Shown here: positions 26,555-39,122 of the stretch, one piece after another
Numbering within the stretch: the first letter of the stretch is position 1
Layout of the letters: the number at the start of each line of letters is the position of its first letter
Source of the DNA: Raillietiella orientalis
Taxonomy: Eukaryota
Reading direction: 5' to 3'
Assembly (NCBI GenBank): GCA_036172245.1
Contig: JAYWIR010000037.1
Span: forward strand, 1,364,001-1,428,000
DNA length: 64,000 nucleotides
Notes under the pieces: model-generated
Database searches by the model: none
What the model saw: the letters and a program-made list of their open reading frames with translations, nothing else
Told to the model about the DNA's origin: nothing
Made by a program: the position numbers and the translations under genes

Positions 26555-28089
26555 AGAATAGGAAACGTCAGAGGAACGATGAGGAACAGTCTTCTGGTGT
26601 CATCAAGTGGGACGTTCAATAAAAACGCATTCGCAGCGATTCTCCCGTTCCGTGCGTCCTCGATCCGTGAAGAGGAAGTGCACACGAGAGTTGAAATTTT
26701 ATGATTCCGTCCGTGCCGCACGATGCGATTCCACACATCTGTGGGGCTGCCATGTCTGTCTTGAATTCCCTGTTCCGTACTTCTTGCTCCCGAGCAGGCA
26801 GGAGGTCCTTTTATTCGATGCGGAATTTTCGGGTGAGAGACTTAACGAGACTTGCAGCGCGCGCAAGATAGGTCAGTACAGTAATTAGCAGTCAGTACGA
26901 ACAAACCTGCGTTTGAATGAAATAAGTACTGAGAATCCAAAAGTTGAAGAGAAAAAACTATCCGACCCCAAAGAGCAGACATTTTCAGAGCACTCATCCA
27001 TGGAGGGCAGTTTGCGAACGACTCCAAGAACAGAACCATCGCTTTCTCGAGCAAGGGCAACTTGCTCTAAACAAGTTGTCTAAAATTTTTAGAAAAGGAA
27101 AAATGCCACGCCCTCACGGAGAGGTTTGCCACGCGTTCACTTGTTTGTTTTGGCGCAAACCACAAAGTTTCGATTTAATGCTGGACCTTATGTAATTTGG
27201 TGAACCACGAGCCGGGCGGCTTTCAGATGTAATGTAGGGCAACAGACACTTGAACATGAAAGCAGTGTTTAATCTTGAGGCCCGCGATTACTAAACAGCA
27301 GTTGATTTCCTTTCGCATGTGGAACAGCACTGCTGCATTCTTTGCTCTCTGTTTTAGAAATGTTGAAATTCATGAATTCCAAATTGAAGACCATCAAACA
27401 GCAATGACCTCTCAAGTTCGTTTCTAACATCCGACCACATCCCACTCTGCTCCTTGACGATACTTGAAAAAATCGTTGATCTGATAAGATTAAGCTACTA
27501 ATTGGTCTACGGAAGCTGATCTAGATATGCCACTTAATTACATTGCAAATGCGTCCCAGAATGTGCTATTTGCTGTATGCCATTATCCTTTACTCAAGAT
27601 TAAATGGATTTGGAGGTCAGCTTCCTGCAGAAATCAAGCGTAAGTTTTTCTTGATTCGATAACTGCCGTCGCGCTGGAAAAGATCGCTTCTGCGGATTAT
27701 GCGCTTCAGCTTTTTGAAAATCAGCCATTCTCAATTGAAACCGCTGGAAAATTTATTAACTTTCATTGGATTAGTTGTTTCAAATCAACATCCTATGCTG
27801 GCGAGGCTTAATAATTATTAGATCATTCAGTACTTCTTTCCTGACATGAAGAGAATGCACTGGCTGTCGACAGTATGAGTTTAGGAGAAGGCTTCAGGCT
27901 AAAAGAATTTTAAAATTAGGACGTTTTGAATTATCTTCTCTTAAATGGATTGCCTTTCCCAATGCAATCTCCTCTTTGATTGGGGTTCCAATGAACCCGA
28001 AAAGAAAAAAAAACACGCACACACAAAAGCAGAACCGATGACGGTGGGGAACTTTCGAGAAGTGCACGGCGAAATCGTTCCCTGAGAGC

Positions 28090-28358
28090 AGCGGAGGAAA
28101 AAACACGGAACTTTTTCGTTTCAACGCGGTCCTTCGAAAGTGCACGTCCTGAATACGAAGTGCTAACGTGAGTCGGGATGTCCACTTCTTACCGCCCCGC
28201 ACTCCGTGTGGGGAGATGGCGAACTTCCTGGAGGACTCCGAACTCGGATCAGCGGAGGTGCCTGCAAAAGACACTGACCTACTGCTGCTGCTCCCTGCAA
28301 CCTGCGGACGCAGCCCTGATTTTCCCATCGTACACCCGAGTTTCGTGCAGTTCGGCAT
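28090..28358 (-). pseudogene. Degenerate THAP-like domain
   Basis: ATG at 28358 gives MPNCTKLGCT...KKWTSRL...DVHF, with MPxC-x4-C, KKW and HF hallmarks in one frame. The FP motif and third Cys are missing. Confidence 0.4.
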
Positions 28359-29629
28359 GCATTCCACATTTCCGAAAGGGGGTTTGTGGGGTTTGCCGTG
28401 GCACTTCAGACTTGAGCATCCGATATTCTAACGGACCCGATTGGGGTTTCCGATTTCGTCGCAGCGGCACGTTTCGTGCACTCCAGAATTAATGAAGAAA
28501 CGCGAAACGCGGGGTACACTTTAATTGTGATCGTCCTTACGAACCATCGAAAACATTTCCATACTCTTCCGATGGAAACCGACGAGCATCCGTCGATTTT
28601 TAGCGTCAAATAGCACCATTGACAGAGAAGTTGTTTGTGTGATATCGACCAATGATTCAATTTATTACTGTCTTCGTTGCTTCTTATTGATTCTGCTGCT
28701 CATGCTAAACCCTGTTAGGAATTGCGATGGCCACATTCGTTTGTACACAGGCACTTCTCTTGTGCACAACAGGCACGATGGTAGCAGACACGAAACCCTC
28801 ATACGGCAAACTTTCGTAGAATAAAAAAAAAAACTCTCATGTGAAACGCTCATATAGGAACTTTGTTTTTTTTTTCCCCCTTCGATGAACTGATTCCCTT
28901 CTGTAGCCACAATTTGCCTTGTCATTCCTGGGGGGACTTATTCAAATCAGCCTTAAGATGCAACGCATCGCCATTTTGGAAGTACCTTGCACAGCTTTGT
29001 TTTCTTGTATTATACACAAGAACTGGTGTTGCATTCCTTACACAATACGACCTCTTACACAAAACAAGTCTAACTGCCGCAGTAGACTGAATAGAAATGA
29101 TTGCTTCCGGGAAAGCTACCCAATGCATTTTTTTTGTGAGTTCTCTACTGCCACCTTAGGTATCATTTCTGAGACATTTGTGCAGGTCCTTACTGCAGAA
29201 TGCAGAGCTGTTCAAAATTCTATTTAGAGGACATAGAGCTTTTGCTTTTCGAGCATGAGTGCGCATTTACTCTGTTGTAATTCTAGGAGTGTTTCCAAGT
29301 GTCGCCATTTTCTAAACAAAGAGATCAGATTCAGAACTCTGGTATTTTTATTTCTTTTCTAAGGTCACTTATGAGCCTTGTCCTCTTTGCCCAAGAACAG
29401 GGAGGGAGCGATTCCTCCCCGCACACTCCAGAGTGTGCAAGGAAAGTGAACAAACCAAGTTGGAGACGCGGTTCCCAAAGGAAAACGACAAGTTCACGGG
29501 GAGGGTGCACCGACGCACATCTCGGTCACGCCAAAAATCCGTAACGGGTGGCACAGGACGAATGAATGAAGGGAGAATTTGGGGACAGGGACCACCGGTT
29601 TTCATCGTTCCTTTTCCCTAAAACCGGCG

Positions 29630-30350
29630 CTAGATGACACCGATCTCCTTCTTGACTTCCTCCAGCGGGCTAAGCCGCTTCGCAGCAGTCCTCATGTAGA
29701 CGGCTGCCATGCGGGTGACCTCCCTTCGCTGCTCTTGCGCCTCCAGTACTTGGGAAGAACTGAGACGGTGGCGTGGACGCAACAAACCATCCCGAATCAC
29801 TGCGCCTGTCCAGGTGGCGCCGAAGACAGTCTCCTCTGTAGTTCCTGTGAAGCGCCGCAGCCCAACAACAAGTTCAGCAAGGATCCGATCGTCCCGCACC
29901 AGCAACTCTTCCGGAAACGAGGTGGCAGCGCTGATTGCGCCGGAAACCCCATTGCCAAAACGACAGCACCTCTGTCGTTGCTACCGCAACGGGAACACTG
30001 AAGTGCGTTCCTACGAAGCAAGGACCGCACTCAGAAGCCCTCTGCACTGAAGGATTCTTTTCTCTTCGGGAAAGAGGAGAGGCGGCTTGCACCCACTCGC
30101 TCGTAGTCCGACGGTCCAGGAGTCTCGTGACTCCACGCAGGGGACCTCCCACACCGCTGGTTGGCAACTGTCGTCTCTGATCCCTGAGGCAGACAGCGGT
30201 GCGACAACGCTGCGGAGCCCAGGTGGGGGCGTTGCGTCCTGTCCTAAAGTACATTTTTTAATGGATGCTTAAGGGAGACGTTGCAGGGAACGAAGTTTTT
30301 CAAGTCTCTTTCGAGATCCGCAGCCCTGACCCAACTGCATCCTGCCTGTC
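29630..30350 (-). other. GC-rich island of unknown origin with two strong minus-strand splice-acceptor-like sites
   Basis: TCTCTTTTTCAG|GACAGG (exon would start 30350) and TGTACTTTAG|GACAGG (30243). Fragments QCSRCG and CQPAVWEVPC occur in different frames. No continuous ORF. Confidence 0.25.
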
Positions 30351-33300
30351 CTGAAAAAGAGAAACAGATGAAAATTCGAACGACTCACACAAGTTTTATT
30401 TGATTTAATACTCTACTATACCAAGCGGAACGATATGTATGCGTGGCATAGGTATATGATGTGTGCAAGATGCTCAAAGTGTTGCATACATCTATGTGCA
30501 ATTCAAAATACTCTCAAAACTTAGTATCGGTAAACGGATACGGTCAGCTGCAATTTATTGCCTGATATTTTGTTTAGAAGGAAGTTCACAACTTTTTCAG
30601 AAGAAGCATTCTTCGGGAAAAGATTAGCGTGGGAGATTTCGTTCCATGGAGACTGTGTTTAATGAAAACGAGTCTCTGGCTTCAAAGTTTTGAAATCCAT
30701 TAGAAGTTCGCAGTTCATGGTTTCCCCTAAAATCTTTCCACATCATGAGGAAGGTCCTAAAGCACTGGGAATGTCTTTATACCTCTGCTGCTTGGATCTG
30801 ACCAACTTTGAGGTGCATGAATGAACAGGAAGATCTACTTCGACCGGAGATTTCAGATGTGCATGAGGGAAACCATTGCAGTTTTAGTTTGAGGGTCTGT
30901 TCATTTTCCATTTTCGTTGCGAACTTGGTTCGATAGTTTACTGGGAGAGGGGGTGCAGAAGCGTCCTATGCGTGCTGTTTTGAAAGAATCCTGGTGACCC
31001 CCAAGTAGTTTGGTATAGTAAAGATGCGGATGCGCACAGGCGGGGTTTCCTTACAGTGTATTCATAAAGTTCATACTAATTCATTCTTCTGTGCGTCGAG
31101 GACGAGTCGGCCGTCCTCCTCCGCCCCCGCTTACGTTTCAACCAGAAAAAACGAAACGGTTGCATTCTGAAATGTAGGGTGCATGAATGAGGATAGAGGG
31201 TGAACGCTGGAAAGCAAAGAGAAAATAAAAGTCCTTTCTCTTCCAAAACACCGCATTCGCTTGTGGTAACTCTCAAATTCGCCCTGCACTCCCGGGTAAC
31301 GAGTTGTGGGTATGGATTTTTTTTTTTAGAAGCAACAGGGAGCATTCTGCATATATGGTTCCTGGAATCCCATTCAAAAATGCTTCTGTATTCGAATCTT
31401 GCACTATGGAAAAGAAAAGAGCTGTCGGTGCTTGGCAGCTTCTCGGACATCTATGAAGAAACTGCGTTCACCATGCTCACAATATAGCAAGCGAGGGATA
31501 AGAATCTAATCTAAGATAAAGACCCTCCAATTGACATATCTTTACAAAGATCGGTTATTTCCTTGCAAACTATGGGCACTCATGATGTTTACATTCGGAT
31601 GAGTCATTTGAACTGGAAGGTTTGGTCCAGTTTTTCATGTGATTCAAAAACATTACTGGCATGCACGGGTCCATCAGATGTTTAAGCATTCGGATGAGCT
31701 TTGATTCCAAAAAGAAAAGATTTCCAGGTAATGAGATAGTAGTGGGGGTAGTTCAGTATTTTAAAAAAGTCCTCGTTTTCTTTTAACTTGATGCGTGATT
31801 TCGCAAGGTCGTCATGAAGCAAACAGGATTCACAGTCATGTAGCATAACTTCGTCCAGCTAATTCCCAAGAGAGATGCTGGCTTGATGGAAAATTCAAAC
31901 TTGAAACAGGAATCTGAGCAAACATTCCGTATTTGAGAGACAGTTGCAGCATTTCCAGAACACTGTTCTTGAGTCTATTGGATTAGGAGACGAAATGCCA
32001 ATTCCTAGTAGTCGCAGAGAAGCAAATCAAACACATCCAAGGATTGGATCGTAGCATAAATTTCCATCTATGTAATACGGAGAATGACATTGATAGTTCC
32101 CCCAAAAAGGATGCAAATTTCAAGGAAAGCACAGATTCCTTCTTAAAATCAGTACACGTTTTCTTTAGAGTCTCACCTCATCAAATACATATTTTCTGGA
32201 ACGAAAAGCACCGTAATCTTCCATGAATTTTTCTGATTGGTTCTCAAAATAACATCCGAATGCATATGATATGATCTGAAATGAATTACTTCGTGCACTC
32301 TTCTATTTGAAATCGGCATGCGAGAGCATGCAATTGTGAACTATGTTTTCAAAGTTGGCAGGACCAAGGATGCAAAACACAATTGTCTTCATTCTCCCGG
32401 ATGAGAAAAGGCCTTGCGTTCTGCTTGCCACTGCTTCCGGGTTTCCTTTCCGAAGGCTCGTTTACCGTCACACTTGCAAATGCCCCATCCCATTTACCAA
32501 ACAAGTGGAGATTTGGAATTTTATTGCTTTTCAAGCACCAGTTCTTGTCAGTCGTCACGAGATACGAGTATAGGCCTCCATACGTATTAATTTAGTCATT
32601 TCAGATCATCAGGAAAAAATCATCTGGACATTTACTGATTCCTCAAGTCCTCACATGATGACACGAACAGACGTCATTTGGGCTCGCATTCCAAAGCGTA
32701 TTTTTTCATTGGCTCCTGATTTCATTTCCTGAATTGAGAAGTTCACTGGAACACCTGATAAGAAGAGTCTGCGTAGAGAAAGTTTGAAACTCGAATCATT
32801 CAATCACAGTCATGCCAATGCTTTCACTTTTATGTATATATGCAGATTCTATATATGTGTCTAGGTGTAGCTCTGCAGGTATACCGATGGAGTGCGCACG
32901 ATGCCCATAAATGTGCATCTTGCCCGTGGAATACATGGACAGAAGTACCCTAAGCGTACACAGTGTGCTTGCACGCATGCACATGAAATAAGAACGTGCA
33001 TTATTATTCGCTCACACCCCTGTACAGCACTGTCCACCAAGCACCCTCGTATCTTTGCAAGGTATCCGCTGTTCACTCAACCTATGAGTCACCCTTTTCT
33101 ATTCTGTACTGCCCGCAAGTGCTATTTTTCTGTTTGCCGTTCTTGGCATTCGAATCGTCTTCACAATGAAAGATTCTCCATTGAGAAGCAGCTTCTTGCG
33201 ATCACAAAGCAACGAACGTAAAGCACGATGTCTTGAGAAAGTCTCAGAAGGAACAGCTTTCCACTTCCTGAAGATGCACTTGCCAAAAAAAAAAGTTTTT

Positions 33301-36300
33301 TTAAAAAAATAAAATCAAAAGGATGAAAGACTAAAAAGGAAATGTGATGAGATGAGGTCGACTCAAGTCATCAACATCTTACATAATTAACACAACGAGA
33401 GCATTTCTTGATTTTTTTGGAAGAGCTCCAAAGAAAATGGTGGAGGCTGCAGGAACAACCAACCATCTAATGCGCTTCCAGGCTACTATTCCTTAATGGA
33501 ACATCATCTTGAAAGCAATTAAAAAATCCAATGTAATTAGCAGGAGATGGCAAATTTTTAAAAGGACGAGGCTCGCGGTTAATGGACTTTTAGTAAAACT
33601 CCAGGACGAAACAGACTCCAAAAAAAAAAAAAGCCATAAGCCCTGTTTTAGAATTTTCAGAAGGCTGCACACCGAAACGTATGACCAGAGTCTGGAGTAG
33701 TTGTGTGGCTTCTGATAAGACCGAAAATACAGATGAAACTGAAGGATTCAGTATACAAAAGTGTCAATCCTTTTCTGCAGCCAGCAGAGGAACCTCTGAA
33801 GCTTCGTCCAGCGACCACTGCTTGAAAAACAAGACCTCACATTTTCATTCTACACAAATGAGTGGAAATCAGCATTTAAGAACGTCATTACGAGAATCGA
33901 ATGTCAAAGTCTGTGAATTTACGAAATGTACTCCCTCACTTGAAAGCAGGAAGTGCGAAGCTTTTTTAGAAGTTTGTGTCCAAAGCCATGCAAGATAATT
34001 TTTGCAAAATTTCTGATATGGATCAGAGGCCAGAAAAGCTGCAGCTGCTGCGTTTGTTTAGCCGTGTTTGTATAGTCATTCGTTCTACAGGAGCACTCCT
34101 TTGTCCCTCACGAAATGTACCAAGATGAACATCATGATCTGGGCTTCAACCAACAAGGGCTGAAGGTTACTTGTAAAAACGGAGCTGAAAACAGAATCCA
34201 ATCAGAGTGAATGCACTTTAATGGAGCACCATAAAAGGTGGACCATTTCAGTGGACCATTATCAATTATCGCAAATTTTCTTTCTGTAGAAAAAAAAAAT
34301 AGCTGTATTGGATTTCCACCCTAGAACTCCTCCAATGTGGTTCATATGCTTCACAACCGATGGGGAGGAAGAAAGGAATCTCATGCGGCAGGTCATCTTC
34401 ATGAAACTGGGCATCTGTCACTGAACAAGTGTTAGTGAATGCGGCAGCATCACCGTGTGTACATTTTGTTTGGTCGAAAAGGATTGCAATTTTTTTGCCA
34501 AAACTATATTACAGTTGAAAGCACTTTTTCCCTATCGCAACTTGTTGCCTCTTTTTGTCAACGGAAGCCACTTTTGGTACGCAATAGCAGGAGAGTACAT
34601 TCTTAGCCGCACAGAGCAGTGTTTGCCCATTTTCTTTGTTTTTCTTTTTTGTATTCTATGAATTTCAATGCAGGTTCTAACCGCAAGCAAGTTAGCTTTG
34701 CTTCGAAAACCCACCGTTCATTCTAACATTTCCCAAGCAGAACGAGTCGGGAAAAAGTTCTGTCTGATCTTTTCCAGCGAGATTTCTAGCGAAGAGAGTC
34801 TCTTATTTTTCAGCATGCTCGCATCCACCCTTGCTGTCCTCTTAGGCTTTCAGAAGAATTTCCATTCCATGTTGCCCACTTCTACAAGGCAATCACCCCA
34901 GACGATTATCTGCAAAAATGCCCAATTTCAGTCCAAATTGTATTTCGAATGAGAGAATATGAAACGCTCAATTCGGAGACAAACGGACGAATTTATTCCC
35001 TGCTGGTAGATTGTTCGACTAGAAGTGAAATTTAATAACAACGGTCACGTGAATGGTATCCAATGGAAGGTTTAAGACCTTCTCCATAAGAGAGTAACTT
35101 TAAGCATGGGGGGAAAACCTTGATGTATTTTGGCGAGAAGCAACGCGATGATTGAGAGCTGATGGAAGTCACTGACTATCCGATGCTACAGCCACACCGT
35201 GCTGAAAACTAAAGGGAAAAAATTCATCCCAAGCTTGAATCTGAAATAATAAGCAGGACCAGAATACCTATTGATGAGTTCACAAGATCCTCTCTTCTTT
35301 CCAAGACAACCGTGGGAGGAATGCAAACGAGTCAAATGGTCATCAGCTCTGCACGAGGAACGGTTTCGAAAATATTCTTATAAACTAGCATTGCCTGAAG
35401 GTGAATCGGAGATTGCACAGAGTCGGAAATGAGGATGCGAACTTGACATTTACGAGAACGACTTGATCATTTGAAGAGTTTCGAACCAGCTCAAGGTTGC
35501 CTGCGTGCTCGTACAAATCCAGTTAACAAAACGGGAATGGAAACCTGATAGGGCTTTGATAGACGCTCCATAAGAGGCGGATCACCTGCTATGAGGTGAC
35601 GAATATGCTTGTCTGCTTTGTGGTGAGTTGCAGCTATCAACGAAAGTAGCCAATAGCCATAAGGATTCGTGACAAGAGGAACGCGAGTAGAGTTTCCACC
35701 GTCCCTTTTTAGAAAATGGACAGATGAAAGGGTTGGAGTTTTGGGGCCTTCTTCCGCTGGCTATGACGTCATGCTTGCTATGACTTTTGTGAGGATGTCA
35801 TGTGTGCCTTCCACGTTACATTACCTTACCGTTAAGTGCAATCTTGATTCCCATCACGCATTCCGCGAAAACAAAACATGCCGACGGATATCAGCATATT
35901 TTGTCGATATCCGTGGAATGATAGGTTCGAGTTGAACAAGTCAAGTTAGGCACCGCAGTACCTACTCTGACGAGTTTGGACTCATCGAAGGATCTGATCA
36001 GTGCAACCATTGCAGTTAGATCAAGTACACGCGTTATTTGGGCTTCATCGCATAGGACATTTTTGTACATTTAATCCAAGAAATGAATTTAAATTAAGCA
36101 GCAGTCAAGAGTGAAACGTGCAAAAATCATCCTCGGCAAAAATTAGTTAGAGTTCACTTTCCACGTTACCAAGTTCAATTTTTTTGTTGATAAGCAGAGG
36201 AGAGGATACTTGGAGTCGTCTCTCGAAACGAAGAATCCCATTAAGTGATAGCTAAGGAATGCAGCGAGGCATAGCGCCATTTCATGGTCCAACCAGGAAG

Positions 36301-36979
36301 CGCCTCTTCGAGATACTCTTGTGCATTACTGCCTTGAATCACAGGTGGGATGGGGTGCTCTTTCCCTGGTGCAATGTCGTTCACTCTCTTGGAATTCTAG
36401 CTGACTCGTTTCATCACCAGTTTTTGTTTTCTCGCCACTATAAAACAAAGAGATCGGTGGCAATGTTCGCCCCTCTGGAGAGAATGAATTACACGACATC
36501 GAATTGAATTCAATTCTCAAAAAAATTATGACAAGAACGGTGCCACAAAAATTCTCGCTGCTCCAAATCTCGTGCACACCAATAACTGTTATTACTGTTT
36601 TGTATTCGGAAAATCATAACAACGAGAGTAGTTGCCGTTTACTGTGTTCCAGGGTGGTTGACAAATTTCAGGGAGTTCGCCTCATCCCCTTCGAACACGA
36701 ACACTAATCATTGCCAATGGCGTCCGTTTTTCCAAACATACGCACTTTTCCGGTTTCTCATCGTCCACAACGATGAGTACATTACAGCACTTAATTATGA
36801 GAGGCATCTAAAAAAAGTCCCAACGCTGTTTAAGTTAATCGGTAAGCCATGTTCCTTCTTCCCTAAACGATACGTATCCTCAATTTCTTCTAAGCTTCAG
36901 TTGCACCAGTGGCATCCGATTTCATTTAGAATCCCCATACTGCCTGGTAAAACTTGACGATTATCCGCATATTTCTTGG

Positions 36980-38130
36980 ACTTTGGCATGCGATCAGCGG
37001 ACAAAAGTCGTCATGGTCGAATACTGAAATTCTCCGTTCCCACGTCAATGGTATTAACGATCAAACTCTTGTAATTAATGGTCAAACTTTAGGAAGAGCA
37101 TTTTTTTCATAGTCATTTCCTATACTTCTTCGACGTTGAAGAGATATCCACAGTTTTCTAGATCATTTTCATTTTACTCCCATACCTCCCTGCCACATTC
37201 ATTCGTGATATTCGTTGACTGATCCTCCATTCTGACCGTTTTCCGAGGGTTCCGAGAGAAAGGTCAAATCTTAGTCCTTTTCCAGCCAAGTTCTTTCTAC
37301 CAAGGCATTTCATGTAATTCATTTGTCAAGCCAAATTACATTTCCTTCATTCCTTCGATGCATGTCCACTCTGCTCCGGAGGGAAGCATCCGAGTGTCAT
37401 ATCTTCGAGAAGCATTCTTCGCTGAGGGCATCCTAATTAAATAGATTTCTATCAGCATTTATGTATTTGAACTGCCGAGGTGCATATTCATATCTGTCGC
37501 GTAAAAGCCTCGACAATTTGATTTTCTTGTTTGCCGTTAACGGATTGGATACGGAGGTTCGTTCTCCTTCCCCGAAAGTTGAGCAGGAATTTTTTTTTCC
37601 ACCTGGAATTGTATCCAAGAGGATGCTTGCGACGAGGCTCTTCCCGTGCTTTCATGTCTGCAGCTTCCTCCTACTTGTGAACATAATGGGAACTCCAATG
37701 AGCTCATGGGCTGCACCTCCACTGGAAGCAGACTGAATCGCAAAGGAATGTGGGTTCGGTTTCAACCAAAATAGACCAGGAACATTCAATGTTCAGCGAG
37801 CATTTCCCACCAATGGTTATTCTATTCCAATCCATTTCCTTCCACGGCTTTCATTTTCGTGTGTTTCTAAAACGAAATTCAGAAACACTATTTTGCAAAT
37901 CAGAGTCCTTCTTGAAGTCAGGTCTGACGGGTCCTTGCATCCCTAGGTTTCATGGGGTACTGATCTTATAGAATGGCATTCTTTTTCTATCACATTGGTG
38001 ACGATGGGGCGAGTCATGAAGGATTTCACAGTGCACAGTTCGAGAAAACCCTCGGGCTGAAATTCGGCAGCGAAGGCATAACTCTGTAATCTTCTGGGCT
38101 AAAAGCGATCCGAAAGGCCTTCCTTGATTC
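36980..38130 (-). mobile_element. Ty3/Gypsy-like pol relic (RNase H to integrase N-terminus)
   Basis: Minus strand gives SASSGGAAHELIGVPIMFTSRRKL (cf. DASxxGxGAVL..PIxFxSRxL) and RYEYAPRQFKYINADRNLFN*DALS (cf. LxEYxFxIxYxxGxxNxxADALS). Downstream are VNEYHE..GGMGVK (HHCC His region) and LIPL..DDFCPL, in Gypsy RH-INT order. Confidence 0.55.
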
Positions 38131-38916
38131 CGGTTTACGATTCTTTCTTCTCGTGTTTTCATCCGTTTAGCACTGGTGGCAGAAACAGAAACCATACTTC
38201 ATCTTTGATATATTGCGATGATCACGGAACAGATGAGCACTGTGTAACGGTTGAGCAAAGCTCTGAAAGAGGAAAACATACGAGGAAAAAAAATAAACTC
38301 CCAAGCTGCTCGCGCGCTGGTTAAACGAATGTTTTTTCGCCTGGTAGAGGAAACCCTATTTTCTATGCAAAGTGCGACACGGATGTTTGACTGCAGAGCA
38401 GCGGAGTGGACTCCGGTGGAAAACGATCCGAACACCACAATATCCACTAATGAATTGCACTCTTTGCATAAGAATGCAAGACGTTTGCTTGCTTTTCCAT
38501 TTCGAAGCCCGATGGGGAGTTATGATTTACTAGCATTACAGAGCAATCTCATGATGATAAACGATGTATTTAGAATCCCATCATTACACCCTAATCATTT
38601 ATAAGCAGGGGTCTTAAATTCTGAAGAAATAAATTAGCTGCAAAGCAGCTGCGCTGTCATGAAAGCCTTAATGCTCGGTGTTTCCTTCTGTAAAGAGATC
38701 GAAACTGCTTGAAAAGTTTTCGCACGCGCAGTCACGGCTCTGATAACGGTACGTACAGTTAATAATACCAACTGGTTGTTGCACTACGGTTCGGTTCTCT
38801 ACGTACACAACAGCCTCATTCCATTCCAGTGGGCTGATGAGAATTCCTTCTAATCAGGAAAAATCCTTTCCAGCACTCTGATGAAGCCGCCAGCAAATGA
38901 CGAAAACTTTTATTTG

Positions 38917-38938
38917 AAAAAAAAAAAAAAAAAAAAAA
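38917..38938 (+). repeat. poly(A) tract, about 22 nt, about 50 nt upstream of the first identified Side exon
   Basis: Directly visible. Confidence 0.9.
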
Positions 38939-38986
38939 TTGGATCTAATTGGTAACCTTCGATTACTGAAAGCATTCTTTTTATAG

Positions 38987-39122
38987 CCAATCGGGAAACA
39001 AAAATTCAAATCATTCATGGAGAAAATGCTGAGCTTCCTTGTGATACGAAGGCTAGCTATCCCAATGATAACCTCCTTCTTGTATTCTGGTATAGGATGG
39101 GCAGGAGTAGACCCTTCTATAC
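38987..39122 (+). CDS. Side-like exon, Ig1 first half
   Basis: TTTTTATAG acceptor, GTAAGT donor; NRETKIQIIHGENAELPCDTKASYPNDNLLLVFWYRMGRSRPFY; phase 1 in, phase 2 out. Not in the ORF track. Confidence 0.9.
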
